From Candidatus Fermentibacterota bacterium (lineage in GTDB: Bacteria > Fermentibacterota > Fermentibacteria > Fermentibacterales > Fermentibacteraceae), in the NCBI GenBank assembly GCA_963718745.1, contig OY970370.1, positions 1,402,785-1,466,784 on the forward strand: DNA of 64,000 bases. Direction: 5' to 3'. The notes below the pieces were generated by a model, which saw nothing but the letters and a program-made list of their open reading frames with translations, had not been told where the DNA came from and did no database searches. A program made the translations under genes and the position numbers. Positions 26,639 to 36,818 of the stretch are shown one piece after another. Numbering within the stretch: the stretch's first letter is position 1; each line of letters begins with the position of its first letter.

Positions 26639-27723
26639 TCCCTCCGGATCCCCGCTTCCGGATCCTCCATCCAATCCAGGGCTTCCTCGAGTGTCCGGAC
26701 GTCGACCGTATGCGCTCCGTCGAACTCGACCATGACTGCGTCGCACCCGAGGGAGTCGAAGAGGGAGTATGCCCTGCGGCTTTCCGAGAGGTCGACGATT
26801 CGGTCATCGGTCCCGTGGGCTACGAATACCCGGAGCTCCCGCGCCGCAGGAGGAGCCTCCAGGAACGGCGCAGGGTCTTCGACGTAGCCGCCGAATCCGA
26901 TTATCCCGTCGATGACGTCCGGGCTGGCGAATCCCGCGAGGTAGGCGAGAGCGCAGCCCTGCGAGAAGCCGAGAAGACATGTGGAGGAGGGGGCGTAGCG
27001 CGCCTGCAGCTCGAGGACCACGTTCCTCACAAGCTCCGAGGAGAGATCCAGGGAGGCTTCGTACACGGTCGAGTCGGATTCCGACCATGTCGACCAGCTG
27101 TAGCCTGTCTCCCGGCCGGAGGACATGGCATAGGGCGTCTCGGGGATGGCAAAGATGAGTTCGTGAGATTCCATCCTGCCGTACAATCCGAGGAAATCCT
27201 CCGCGTTCGAGCCGTATCCGTGCAGACCCACCACCAGGGGGAGCATCGCTCCCGGATCGTAGTCGGCCGGCAGGATGACCCTGACCGGGATCATGCTCCC
27301 TGCTGCGACATGTATTGTTTCTCCGGAAGCCGCATCCTGCCCTGTCGCCGCAGCGATCAGGCTGTCGAGCGTGGACGAGAAGACTGCGCTCTCCCTTACT
27401 GCGTCGAAATCAGGATCACCGGACGCGTAGGCCGGGTCGTCGAATCCGGCTCGGACTGCGGCTGTCAGATAGGCGGCCGCGAGCGAATCTTCTCCCATCA
27501 GACCGAAGGAGCAGGCCGCGTTGTAGATGGCGTTCGAGTTCGAGACATCGTGCCGCAGCAGCTCGACATAGCCGGCCGCAGCCGCCTCCCAGTCACCGGT
27601 GTCGTATGCCCCCCGTGCGACCGCCTCGAGGGAGTCCAGATCCACCGCAAGGAATGCGCCGCGGGAGGGGTCGATCCCCTCGGCGGATGCTGCAAGGGTC
27701 ATCAGTAGAATCGGGACTACCAT
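26635..27723 (-). CDS. secreted alpha/beta hydrolase (phospholipase/carboxylesterase-type) with N-terminal helical-repeat region
   Basis: Signal peptide MVVPILLMTLAASAEG, nucleophile elbow GFSQGC and a late HGTDD motif. Confidence 0.7.
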   Translation of the reverse strand: MVVPILLMTLAASAEGIDPSRGAFLAVDLDSLEAVARGAYDTGDWEAAAAGYVELLRHDVSNSNAIYNAACSFGLMGEDSLAAAYLTAAVRAGFDDPAYASGDPDFDAVRESAVFSSTLDSLIAAATGQDAASGETIHVAAGSMIPVRVILPADYDPGAMLPLVVGLHGYGSNAEDFLGLYGRMESHELIFAIPETPYAMSSGRETGYSWSTWSESDSTVYEASLDLSSELVRNVVLELQARYAPSSTCLLGFSQGCALAYLAGFASPDVIDGIIGFGGYVEDPAPFLEAPPAARELRVFVAHGTDDRIVDLSESRRAYSLFDSLGCDAVMVEFDGAHTVDVRTLEEALDWMEDPEAGIRRD

Positions 27724-27830
27724 TCCTTCTACCAGCCTTTCGCCCGATTCGCCATGACTCGGGCATATTCCTGATCATGCGGCAGGCTCGAGGCAGGATG
27801 GCGTCCCGTTGCCCCCGGAACCCGTCGAGG

Positions 27831-28028
27831 CTAGCCGCCGCTCATCAGGTGCAGCACGTCGACATCGGCACCATCCGCAACATCCGTTCCGGAATAGGTG
27901 CCCCGCGGTACGAGGACCCCGTCCAGCCTGACGACGAGCAGAGGGAATGTGAACCTCCTGTCGTCCAGCACGTCCTGAACGGTCATGCCCTCCCGCCAGG
28001 GATGAGGAGAACCGTTGACGGTGATCAC
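27831..28028 (-). CDS. ThiS/MoaD-family ubiquitin-like sulfur carrier
   Basis: 65 aa starting MITVNG and ending in diglycine (LMSGG). The GTG start overlaps (GTGA) the stop of the displaced AOR C-terminal frame. Confidence 0.75.
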   Translation of the reverse strand: MITVNGSPHPWREGMTVQDVLDDRRFTFPLLVVRLDGVLVPRGTYSGTDVADGADVDVLHLMSGG

Positions 28029-28120
28029 GGGAGGAGCGGCCGGACAACCTCCAGGACCTCGGGATAGTCGATCCCCAGATCATGGAGGGTCTCCACGGTC
28101 GGCACTCCCTCCCTGCGTCC
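28025..28120 (-). other. out-of-frame C-terminal segment of the AOR gene
   Basis: The alternative frame reads REGVPTVETLHDLGIDYPEVLEVVRPLLP*. This matches the usual AOR C-terminus (GW..GVPT...L..LGI). The annotated frame instead ends ...RKGWTQGGSADRGDPP*. Confidence 0.6.
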
Positions 28121-30197
28121 AGCCCTTGCGCCTGTACACCGCGTCGAGGAGCTGCTCGTACCTGTCCTCCCGGTAGGCGCGAAGGGCGGCGAGCCTTGCG
28201 GCCGTGTCCATGCCTCCGGGGTCGATTCCGACGAGTTCTCTGAGCTGCTTGTCGTACCTGTCCGCCCGGGACTCATACTCTTCGACAGTGACCGGACCCA
28301 TCATCCGGTAGGGCGGCCGGTCGTCCTGCCTCCGGCCCATACCCAGCCTTATGCAGAGCACCTTCTGGAAGTTGTAGACCCTGGCGGACTGCCTGATGAG
28401 GCCCTCCCGGTCCAGCTCGTTCCCGGTGACGGCCTTGTAGATGTCCAGGTAGTTGGCGACGTGCTCCGGGACCTTGGCGGGCTCGTCGGTACCGGCGTTG
28501 TCCGCAGGTTCGATGTCGTTCCAGGGGAGCTTGCATAGGCCCTGGAGACCGAACCAGGTCCTGAACATCGGGAAGTAATAGAGCGCCTCGGCCTTGTCCT
28601 CGAAGGTCGGGATCCGGTTGTTCACCATGTCCATGAAGATCAGCCAGGCCTCGTCGTGCTGGGGGCCCTTGAGCGCCATGCTGTAGCCGCCCTGCTGGGC
28701 GAGCGATTCCTTGGACACGTACTGGGAGTATTCGAGGCCCTTGCACTCGCATCCGATGTCCTGGAGCAGCTTCGGATCGGCTCCGTAGTGCTCGGCGAAG
28801 TACTTCTTCATGCGGCGGACACCCAGGCCGGCCACGAGCCCGAAGCCCTCCCCGCGCGCTATCCGGTGGAGCATCTCCAGCACCGCGGCCCTGTTGCCCC
28901 ACTCCATCACCAGCCCGCCCGTGCGTTCCGAATCGAGGATGCCCTTCTCCCAGCATTCCATGATGAATGCCGTCATCGTCCCGAACGAGATCGTATCGAG
29001 GCCGTACGTGTCGCAGTAGAAGTTGATCTCCATGACCGCCTGAGGATCGAAGAGCCCGATGTTCGATCCGCAGCCGGCGACTGTCTCGTATTCCGGGCCG
29101 TCCACCGTGACTCTGTGACCGGCGTATGGACCTGTGAGCAGCTCGAAACCGTCGGCGGCCTTCGCACAGGCCATGGTGCAGCCGTACCAGCACCCGTCGG
29201 GCAGGCCGTGGGTGACCATCGCGGAGAATGCGTGGGAGTTGAGCCGGCTGGAATCGGGATGGCTCCCGAACTTGAAGTTGTGGGTGGGGAGCAGGTCGTA
29301 CTCGTCCATGATCTCGGTCAGGTGTGCCGTCCCGATCTCGCGCATCCTGCACTGAGTGTCGTCCAGGGTGATTATCTCCCTGTGCAGCTTGAGTCCGGTC
29401 TCCTGGAGCTTCGCGAGGTCTGCGGGGTTGTTGGAGGAGACATCCAGCCCGGAAAACTTGACGACCAGGGCCTTTATCTTCTTGTCCCTCAAAACGGTGC
29501 CCAGGCCGCCCCTGCCGGCCTGCTTGAGCCGGGCCACCTTCCTGCGCTTGTCGTAGAAGGAGAAGTTCAGGCAGCCCAGAAAGGCGTGCTCGGCGCCGCG
29601 GCCGGCGGAGACGGAGGAGATGTGCGCCTTGTCATCCTCGTTCGTCGCGAACATCTCGACCATCTGCTCGGCCAGCACATGGCTGTCGACGGCCTCCCCC
29701 GGCGCCTCGAAGATCCTCACCACTCCCTCGTCGCCATCTATGTACACTATCACGTCGCGTTCGGCCTTCCCCTGGACCTCCAGCGCATCGAAGCCTGCGA
29801 ACTTGAGGTAGGGGCCGAAGTACCCGCCGACGTTGCTGTCGATCGGAACGCCGGTCATCGGGGAGATGGAGACAACGAGGGACTTGCCGGAACCCGGATA
29901 GTTCGTGTTCCCGCAGATCGGACCCATCGCGATGTTTATCTCGTTCTCGGGATCGTTCCATCTGGTAGTGGGTTTGACGGCGTCCCAGAGGAGCCGCAGG
30001 CCGTATCCCTTCCCTCCGGTGAACTTTGCCTTCATGTCGGCCGACACCGGCTTCTCGGCGATCCTGCCGTCACCGACGTTGACGTAGAGAGTCCTGTCGT
30101 TGTAGCCTCTGACGACCGGACGCCTCTCGTACCTGTACTCGGCTGTCTGCCTGTGACCCGCCCTGATGGCGTCGATGTCGAATGCCCTTTCCGTCAT
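28080..30197 (-). CDS. aldehyde:ferredoxin oxidoreductase family (tungsten/molybdopterin) enzyme, 3' end apparently frameshifted
   Basis: ATG 30197 (MTERAFDIDAI), with an AOR N-domain (GYNDRTLYVNV...GGKGYGLRLLWD) and catalytic domains. The ORF-track N-terminal extension overlaps the upstream Fe-S gene and is rejected. Confidence 0.88.
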   Translation of the reverse strand: MTERAFDIDAIRAGHRQTAEYRYERRPVVRGYNDRTLYVNVGDGRIAEKPVSADMKAKFTGGKGYGLRLLWDAVKPTTRWNDPENEINIAMGPICGNTNYPGSGKSLVVSISPMTGVPIDSNVGGYFGPYLKFAGFDALEVQGKAERDVIVYIDGDEGVVRIFEAPGEAVDSHVLAEQMVEMFATNEDDKAHISSVSAGRGAEHAFLGCLNFSFYDKRRKVARLKQAGRGGLGTVLRDKKIKALVVKFSGLDVSSNNPADLAKLQETGLKLHREIITLDDTQCRMREIGTAHLTEIMDEYDLLPTHNFKFGSHPDSSRLNSHAFSAMVTHGLPDGCWYGCTMACAKAADGFELLTGPYAGHRVTVDGPEYETVAGCGSNIGLFDPQAVMEINFYCDTYGLDTISFGTMTAFIMECWEKGILDSERTGGLVMEWGNRAAVLEMLHRIARGEGFGLVAGLGVRRMKKYFAEHYGADPKLLQDIGCECKGLEYSQYVSKESLAQQGGYSMALKGPQHDEAWLIFMDMVNNRIPTFEDKAEALYYFPMFRTWFGLQGLCKLPWNDIEPADNAGTDEPAKVPEHVANYLDIYKAVTGNELDREGLIRQSARVYNFQKVLCIRLGMGRRQDDRPPYRMMGPVTVEEYESRADRYDKQLRELVGIDPGGMDTAARLAALRAYREDRYEQLLDAVYRRKGWTQGGSADRGDPP

Positions 30198-30598
30198 GAT
30201 ATCTCCTCGACTACGATTCCGATGGCCCCGGTGGGGCATTTGCGCGCGCACGCCCCGCAGGCGATGCACTTGAACGGGTTGGGCAGCCCGGGGACATGCC
30301 TCATCGCGCCGATGGGACAGACCGCAACGCATGCGAGACAGCCGACGCAGAGCTTCCTGTCCAGGATTACCACTCCCTGCGCGGACACGGACAGGGCCTT
30401 CACCGGGCACTCCGCGACACACAGGCGGCATGTCTGGTCGCAGACGACTATCTCGTGCCCCGAGCCTTCGGGGGTGATGCTGATGCATGACCTGGAGGGG
30501 TCGTCCACCTTGAAGAAGAGGGTGGAACAGGCCGTCATGCATGCTCCGCAGCCGATGCATCTGGCGTTGTCCCGGCCCAGTCGCTTTACTGAAGGCAC
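30194..30598 (-). CDS. 4Fe-4S ferredoxin-type iron-sulfur protein (multi-cluster)
   Basis: GTG 30598 after GGAGGAGGAGG. Several CxxCxxCxxxC(P) motifs (CIGCGACMTAC, CRLCVAECP, CVGCLACVAVCP, CIACGACARKCP). 4-nt overlap with the AOR start. Confidence 0.8.
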   Translation of the reverse strand: MPSVKRLGRDNARCIGCGACMTACSTLFFKVDDPSRSCISITPEGSGHEIVVCDQTCRLCVAECPVKALSVSAQGVVILDRKLCVGCLACVAVCPIGAMRHVPGLPNPFKCIACGACARKCPTGAIGIVVEEIS

Positions 30599-30820
30599 GG
30601 ATCCACCTCCTCCTCCATCGCGGCGACCCTGCGCCGGAAAATGGCCGATGATGCCCTTCACGGACCGGTTCCCCGGGGTGGTTCGGAGCCGCTCCCCGGA
30701 GGCCGGACCCGGTCTTTTCAGCGCGTCAAACCTAGCTTCCGCCCGGACTTCTGGCAATACTGTACGCATGGCCGGCGTTGGGAGAATCAACTGAAACGAG
30801 CCGGGAGGGGAGTGCAGCGA

Positions 30821-31477
30821 ATGAACCCCAGCTGTCCTGACTCTTCCTGTCCGGGAGACAGGATGCAGGATTCTGCATCGGAGTCGGACGACATCTTCAG
30901 GGATAATCCGCCCGGCGTCAGGGTGGCGCTCGCATCCTGCTGCGCGGGGCTCGCCGGAGCGGGAGGGATAGGATCCAACGTCGCCATGCTGCTCGCAAGG
31001 GCGGGAGTAGGGCGGCTGGTGGTGGTGGATGATGATGTCGTCGAGGCGGCGAATCTCAACCGCCAGAGCTATTTCCTCGACCAGACCGGACTCCCGAAGG
31101 TGGATGCGCTTGCAGAAGGCATCCGGAGGATCGGTGCCGGGACGGTGGTGGTCCCCGTGTCCGAGAGGCTGGTCCAGGGAGGGTTCTGCAGGCATTACGA
31201 GACCTGCGACATAATCATAGAGGCGCTGGACGATGCCGCGACCAAGGTCATGGCGCTCGAGGAGTGGATCACCGGCCTGCCCGGGATCCCGATAGTCGCG
31301 GCGTCAGGCATTGCAGGCACCGGGGACTGCGGGTCGATGAGGGTCGAGCGGCACGGATCGGTCTCGATAGTGGGTGATCAGGAGAGCCCCCTCTCCCTCG
31401 GCACGCTTTCGGCGAGAGTAGCGCTGGCGGCGGCGTTGATGGCGCAGGAGGCGATAGGGATACTCTTGAAGAGATGA
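30821..31477 (+). CDS. ThiF/MoeB-family E1-like adenylyltransferase (short form)
   Basis: ATG 30821 after GGGAGGGG. Nucleotide-binding motif GLAGAGGIGSNVAMLLARAGVGRLVVVDDDVVEAANLNRQ. Confidence 0.8.
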   Translation: MNPSCPDSSCPGDRMQDSASESDDIFRDNPPGVRVALASCCAGLAGAGGIGSNVAMLLARAGVGRLVVVDDDVVEAANLNRQSYFLDQTGLPKVDALAEGIRRIGAGTVVVPVSERLVQGGFCRHYETCDIIIEALDDAATKVMALEEWITGLPGIPIVAASGIAGTGDCGSMRVERHGSVSIVGDQESPLSLGTLSARVALAAALMAQEAIGILLKR

Positions 31478-31528
31478 CGGCCTGACGCTGAGCCAGCGCC
31501 GGAGGTCGTCCAGACGCGGAGGTGGCGG

Positions 31529-32155
31529 ATGCGGAGCAGCGTTTACATTTCTCTGACGGGCGGTGACGGAGAGGCCAGGCGGGCCTGCGCGATGGCCATG
31601 GCGCGCGCCTGTTCGGAATCCGGGGGCATGACTGTCTCGTACGCCGGGGTCTGGAACAGCACGGGAGATCCCGACCCCTACAACAGCTATCCCTTCTCGA
31701 GTCTCACCCTGGTCGCACCCGAGGCACGGCTCGTCTACCGCCGGCCAGGGGCCGATCCCTCGGGATTCCGCTCATTCTCCGAGATCGAAGCCGACATCGT
31801 GCTGGTGGACCTCCCGGGACACGACCTGCCGCGTGTCGCGCTCGACAAGGAATCGACCGGCGAGGGGTGTCTGGCAACCTGGGGTTTGGATTCCGAAGGC
31901 CTGCCGCGGCTGGACGGCCTTTCGGCGCCCGTCATGGTCCACCTGCTCTCGTCCGTTGTTTCCGGGGAAGGGGCCTGCTCCCCGCGCCCCTGCGACTGCG
32001 GGGCGGGGACCAGCCTCTGGATCGGGGAGAAGAAGATCCCCCTTTCGGGTTATCCCCGCAGGGTGCTGGAGGAGGTCGTGAAGGCGCTGGCAGGTACGCT
32101 CCATGGAGTCGATGCCGAAGGGGACATCCGGATCGAGGTCCGCCGGAAGGTCTGA
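31529..32155 (+). CDS. hypothetical protein, possibly a degenerate MobB-like P-loop fold
   Basis: ATG after GGAGGTG. A Walker-A-like position reads LTGGDGEARR (no GK[ST]) and a Walker-B-like stretch reads DIVLVDLPG. Cys pair CDC. The call is tentative. Confidence 0.45.
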   Translation: MRSSVYISLTGGDGEARRACAMAMARACSESGGMTVSYAGVWNSTGDPDPYNSYPFSSLTLVAPEARLVYRRPGADPSGFRSFSEIEADIVLVDLPGHDLPRVALDKESTGEGCLATWGLDSEGLPRLDGLSAPVMVHLLSSVVSGEGACSPRPCDCGAGTSLWIGEKKIPLSGYPRRVLEEVVKALAGTLHGVDAEGDIRIEVRRKV

Positions 32156-32235
32156 ACCGGCTCCGGCCGGCCTGACTGCCGGGGAAACGCGGTTTCCTCC
32201 CGAATCCGGGGCATGGCATGCAGCGTATACGAAAA

Positions 32236-32257
32236 GGGCTCCGCGTGTGCGGAGCCC
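32236..32257. terminator. bidirectional intrinsic terminator
   Basis: GGGCTCCGC-GTGT-GCGGAGCCC, a perfect 9-bp stem flanked by AAAA upstream and CTTTA downstream, between convergent genes. Confidence 0.55.
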
Positions 32258-32278
32258 CTTTATCAGAGAACCGGGGAT

Positions 32279-32533
32279 CTACTTCTTGGTCTTGCAGCCG
32301 CCGCACTTCCCGGCGACCTTGGCCGCGGGGGCCTTGGCAGCGGGAGCCTTGGCAGCGGGAGCCTTGGCCGGAGCTGCGGCCTTCTTCGCGACCTTGGCGG
32401 CGATCTTCGTGGCCTTTTCGACCTTGTCGGTCTTCACGGCCTTCTCGATCTTCTTGGCAGCCGTCTTAGCCGTTACCTTCGGCTCCTTGACCGCTTTCAC
32501 CGGGGCCTTCTTGGCAACCTTTGCTTCGGCCAT
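32279..32533 (-). CDS. Lys/Ala-rich basic protein, histone H1-like, with C-terminal CGGC
   Basis: ATG 32533 after GGAGGGTGGAG. 84 aa: MAEAKVAKKAPVKAVKEPK...AKAPAAKAPAAKAPAAKVAGKCGGCKTKK. Confidence 0.65.
   Translation of the reverse strand: MAEAKVAKKAPVKAVKEPKVTAKTAAKKIEKAVKTDKVEKATKIAAKVAKKAAAPAKAPAAKAPAAKAPAAKVAGKCGGCKTKK
32317..32376 (-). repeat. 15-bp in-frame tandem repeat (about 4 units) encoding (A-K-A-P-A)n
   Basis: Units CCTTGGCAGCGGGAG and close variants read directly on the plus strand. Confidence 0.7.
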
Positions 32534-32590
32534 CTCCACCCTCCAGAGAGGAACGAACAGACCGACCCGGAGCACCCGGGCTTGCATGAT

Positions 32591-32618
32591 AATTTACCTC
32601 ACCACGCCGCGATGTCAA
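32591..32618 (-). promoter_or_regulatory. candidate sigma70-type promoter (TTGACA-16 nt-TAAATT, minus strand) for the H1-like gene
   Basis: TGTCAA at 32613-32618 and AATTTA at 32591-32596 on the plus strand. Confidence 0.4.
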
Positions 32619-32629
32619 TAAAATCAGCG

Positions 32630-33282
32630 TTACGCTCCGGGATCCGCGGTCTGGGAAGCCTCTCTCTTCTGTTCGGCCATCTTCTTGACCTTCATCAGTC
32701 GGGTGAGGTTTCCCCTCTCGATCTCCTCCAGCTTGAGCCTGATCATCGAGACCGCGCCCTCCAGTTCCGGGATCAGGATGTACTCCAGAGCGTTCACGCG
32801 ACGCCTCGTCCTGTCGATTTCCGAGGCGAGGATGCCGATAGCCTTCTCCTGGCCGGCAAGGCGGACGATGCCCGGGAGGATGCGGGCGTATATGTCGAGA
32901 GACGCGTCGAGCTCGGGCGTGGTGTCGAGCATGCCGTAGTTGTGGATGCTCCCCTCCATGGTGACGTCGAAGACCGGCAGGGTGAGGTTCATGACCTTCC
33001 TGGTGGAGCTCTGGACGACTGCGACGGCTCCGGGATAGCTCAGCGCATCGGAGAGGGATTCGCGGCGCATCGAGGCCCTGGCGAACAGGAACTCGCGATA
33101 GGCGTCGCGGAGGTCCCTCTCGATCCGCTGGCGCGCGCCCATGTAGTCGGCGATGAGTATCTTGAACTGCCTCATCAGCTCGTCCAGCTTGTCCTTGAGC
33201 AGCTTGTGCCCCCGCCTCGCCAGGGCCGAGCGCTTGCGGAGCTGCTGCAGCTCCATCCTGGTGGCGCGGACTATGACAGCCA

Positions 33283-33283
<1 letters not shown>
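32630..33283 (-). CDS. atpD: A/V-type ATPase subunit D
   Basis: 217 aa, coiled-coil central stalk (MAVIVRATRMELQQLRKR...). Last gene of the operon. Confidence 0.9.
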
Positions 33284-34673
<1,390 letters not shown>

Positions 34674-34674
<1 letters not shown>

Positions 34675-36458
34675 CAGGCTCCCTCCCCCGAACGCCGGAC
34701 CTCTTCGAGGACTGCCTCGATCTCGGAGTCCGCGGTCTCGAGGACACTGGTTATCTCGTCCAACCGGTCCTCGGGCATGTATCTGGCCCTCGCGACCGCC
34801 TCACGGAACGGCAGGGAGAACAGCTCCCTGGGTGCCGCCCCGGCCTGGATCGCCTTCGCAAGGGACTTGTGGATGGACATTATCAGATCCAGGAGTCGGA
34901 CCTGCTTCTTCATCGAGCAGTAGGTGTCGACCTCGTGGAATGCGTTCTGATGGAGGAAGTCCTCGCGGATGGAACGCGCCGTGAAGAGCGTGAGCTGCCC
35001 CTCCGGGGAGAGGGACTCGGCTCCCACGAGCCTCGCGATCTCCTGGAGGTTCGACTCCTCCTGCAGCAGAGCCATCGACCTGTCGCGGAGCCCCGTCCAG
35101 TCGCCCTCGAGCTCTCTGGCGTACCAGTCTTTGAGGTTGTCCGTGTACAGAGAGTAGCTCTCGAGCCAGCCTATCGCGGGGAAATGCCTCATGTAGGCGA
35201 GTCGGGCCTGGAGGCTCCAGAAGACCTTCACCACCCTGAGCGTCGCCTGGACGACGGGGTCGGACAGGTCGCCGCCGGCCGGACTCACCGCTCCGACGAC
35301 CGTCAGGGCGCCCTGGCGTTCTCCGGAGCAGAGGCAGTGCACCTTGCCGGCCCTCTCGTAGAACTCGGCGATCCTCGTGCCCAGATAGGCGGGGTATCCC
35401 TCCTCGCCCGGCATCTCCTCGAGGCGGCCCGACATCTCCCTCATGGCCTCGGCCCACCTCGATGTGGAGTCCGCCATCAGGGCGACGGAGTAGCCCATGT
35501 CGCGGAAGTACTCGGCGATCGTGATGCCGGTGTAGACACTGGCCTCGCGGGCGGCGACGGGCATGTTGCTCGTGTTGGCGACCAGCACGGTCCTCAGGAT
35601 GAGAGGCTTGCCGCTGCGGGGATCCAGTATCTCGGGGAACTCCTGGAGGACGTCGGTCATCTCGTTGCCGCGCTCGCCGCATCCGACGTAGACGACTATC
35701 TCCGCGTCGGCCCACTTCGCGAGCTGGTGCTGGATCACGGTCTTGCCGCTGCCGAACGGACCGGGAACGCAGGCCGTGCCGCCCTTGCCCACGGGGAAGA
35801 AGGCATCGATGACCCGCTGTCCGGTTATGAGGGGCTCGGACGGGGCCATCTTCTCGCGCACCGGGCGCGACTGCCTCACGGGCCATCTCTGGTACATGAG
35901 AACGCCGACCTCGTCGCCCGAGCCGGTCCTCACCCTCGCGACTACGTCGTCGATGGTGTAGGAGCCGGGCGCGGCCACCCAGGACAGGGTCCCGGACAAC
36001 CTGGGAGGGATCATCACACGGTGCTCGATTATCTCGGTCTCCGGGACCGTCCCCAGGATGTCTCCGCCGGTCACGGCAGCTCCAGCCGCGAGGACGGGCG
36101 TGAAGTCCCAGAGCTTCCCGTGATCCAGGCCGGGGATGTTCACTCCCCTCGTGATCCAGTCTCCCGACTGTTCGCGGACCTTGTCGAGCGGCCTCTGGAT
36201 CCCGTCATAGATCGAGGACAGGAGCCCCGGGCCTAGTTCGAGCGACAGCGGCTCACCGGTGCTGTAGACCGGGTCGCCGGGTCCGAGCCCCCCGGTCTCC
36301 TCGTAGACCTGGATGGACGCCATGTCGCCCTTGATCTCGATGATCTCGCCCAGCAGCCTCATGTCTGAGACGTAGACGACATCGTACATCCTGGCCTCTG
36401 TCATGCCCCCGGCAACGACCAGCGGGCCAGCGACCTTCCTAATGGTACCCTTTGTCAT
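34674..36458 (-). CDS. atpA: A/V-type ATPase catalytic subunit A
   Basis: 594 aa with P-loop GPFGSGKTV and the A-subunit non-homologous insert. Confidence 0.95.
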
Positions 36459-36485
36459 CGGCAGGAGTCCTCCGGGATCTGAGGG

Positions 36486-36818
36486 CTATCGCTCTTCCGC
36501 CATGAGGTCGACGCCCACGGCTCGCGTTATCTGTTGTCTGATCGTCTCCCCGCCTCGGCCGGCCGACCCGGAGATGCCGGGAAGCACCACTACGGCAGGT
36601 ATGGCTTTCGTGGCCGTCCTTTCCACTTCCTCGCGGAGGTGGTCCAGCATGGCCTCGGTTATCATTATCACTGCGTCACCCCTGGAAACGGCATTCCTGA
36701 AGGCTCTCGAGGCCTCCTCCGCGGTTGCCGGATTCTCGACCGACACTCCGAGAGCCCTGAAGCCCAGGGAGGAGTCCGGATCCCCGATGAATGCGATCCC
36801 CTGTCCGGGCATCTCCAC
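36486..36818 (-). CDS. atpF: A/V-type ATPase subunit F
   Basis: 110 aa (IAFIGDPDSSLGFRALGV...VIMITE), typical of subunit F. Confidence 0.8.
   Translation of the reverse strand: MEMPGQGIAFIGDPDSSLGFRALGVSVENPATAEEASRAFRNAVSRGDAVIMITEAMLDHLREEVERTATKAIPAVVVLPGISGSAGRGGETIRQQITRAVGVDLMAEER

Noticed and set aside
30752-30768. Sigma54-like TGGCA...GCA element upstream of the ThiF-like gene
   Set aside because: The GG and GC dinucleotides are separated by 11 nt instead of the canonical 10, and the -12 element is poor.
28656-30794. 712-aa plus-strand ORF opposite the AOR gene
   Set aside because: It is antisense to the unmistakable AOR and Fe-S genes. No recognisable domain.
30599-31195. Long N-terminal extension of the Fe-S protein ORF (30194..31195), overlapping thiF on the other strand
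   Set aside because: The Cys-motif domain begins right after GTG 30598, which has a strong GGAGG upstream. The extension is Arg/Pro-rich and antisense to the ThiF-like gene.
32317-32376. Short tandem repeats considered as a CRISPR-like or regulatory array
   Set aside because: The repeats are 15 bp, contiguous without spacers, in frame, and encode AKAPA units of the H1-like protein.
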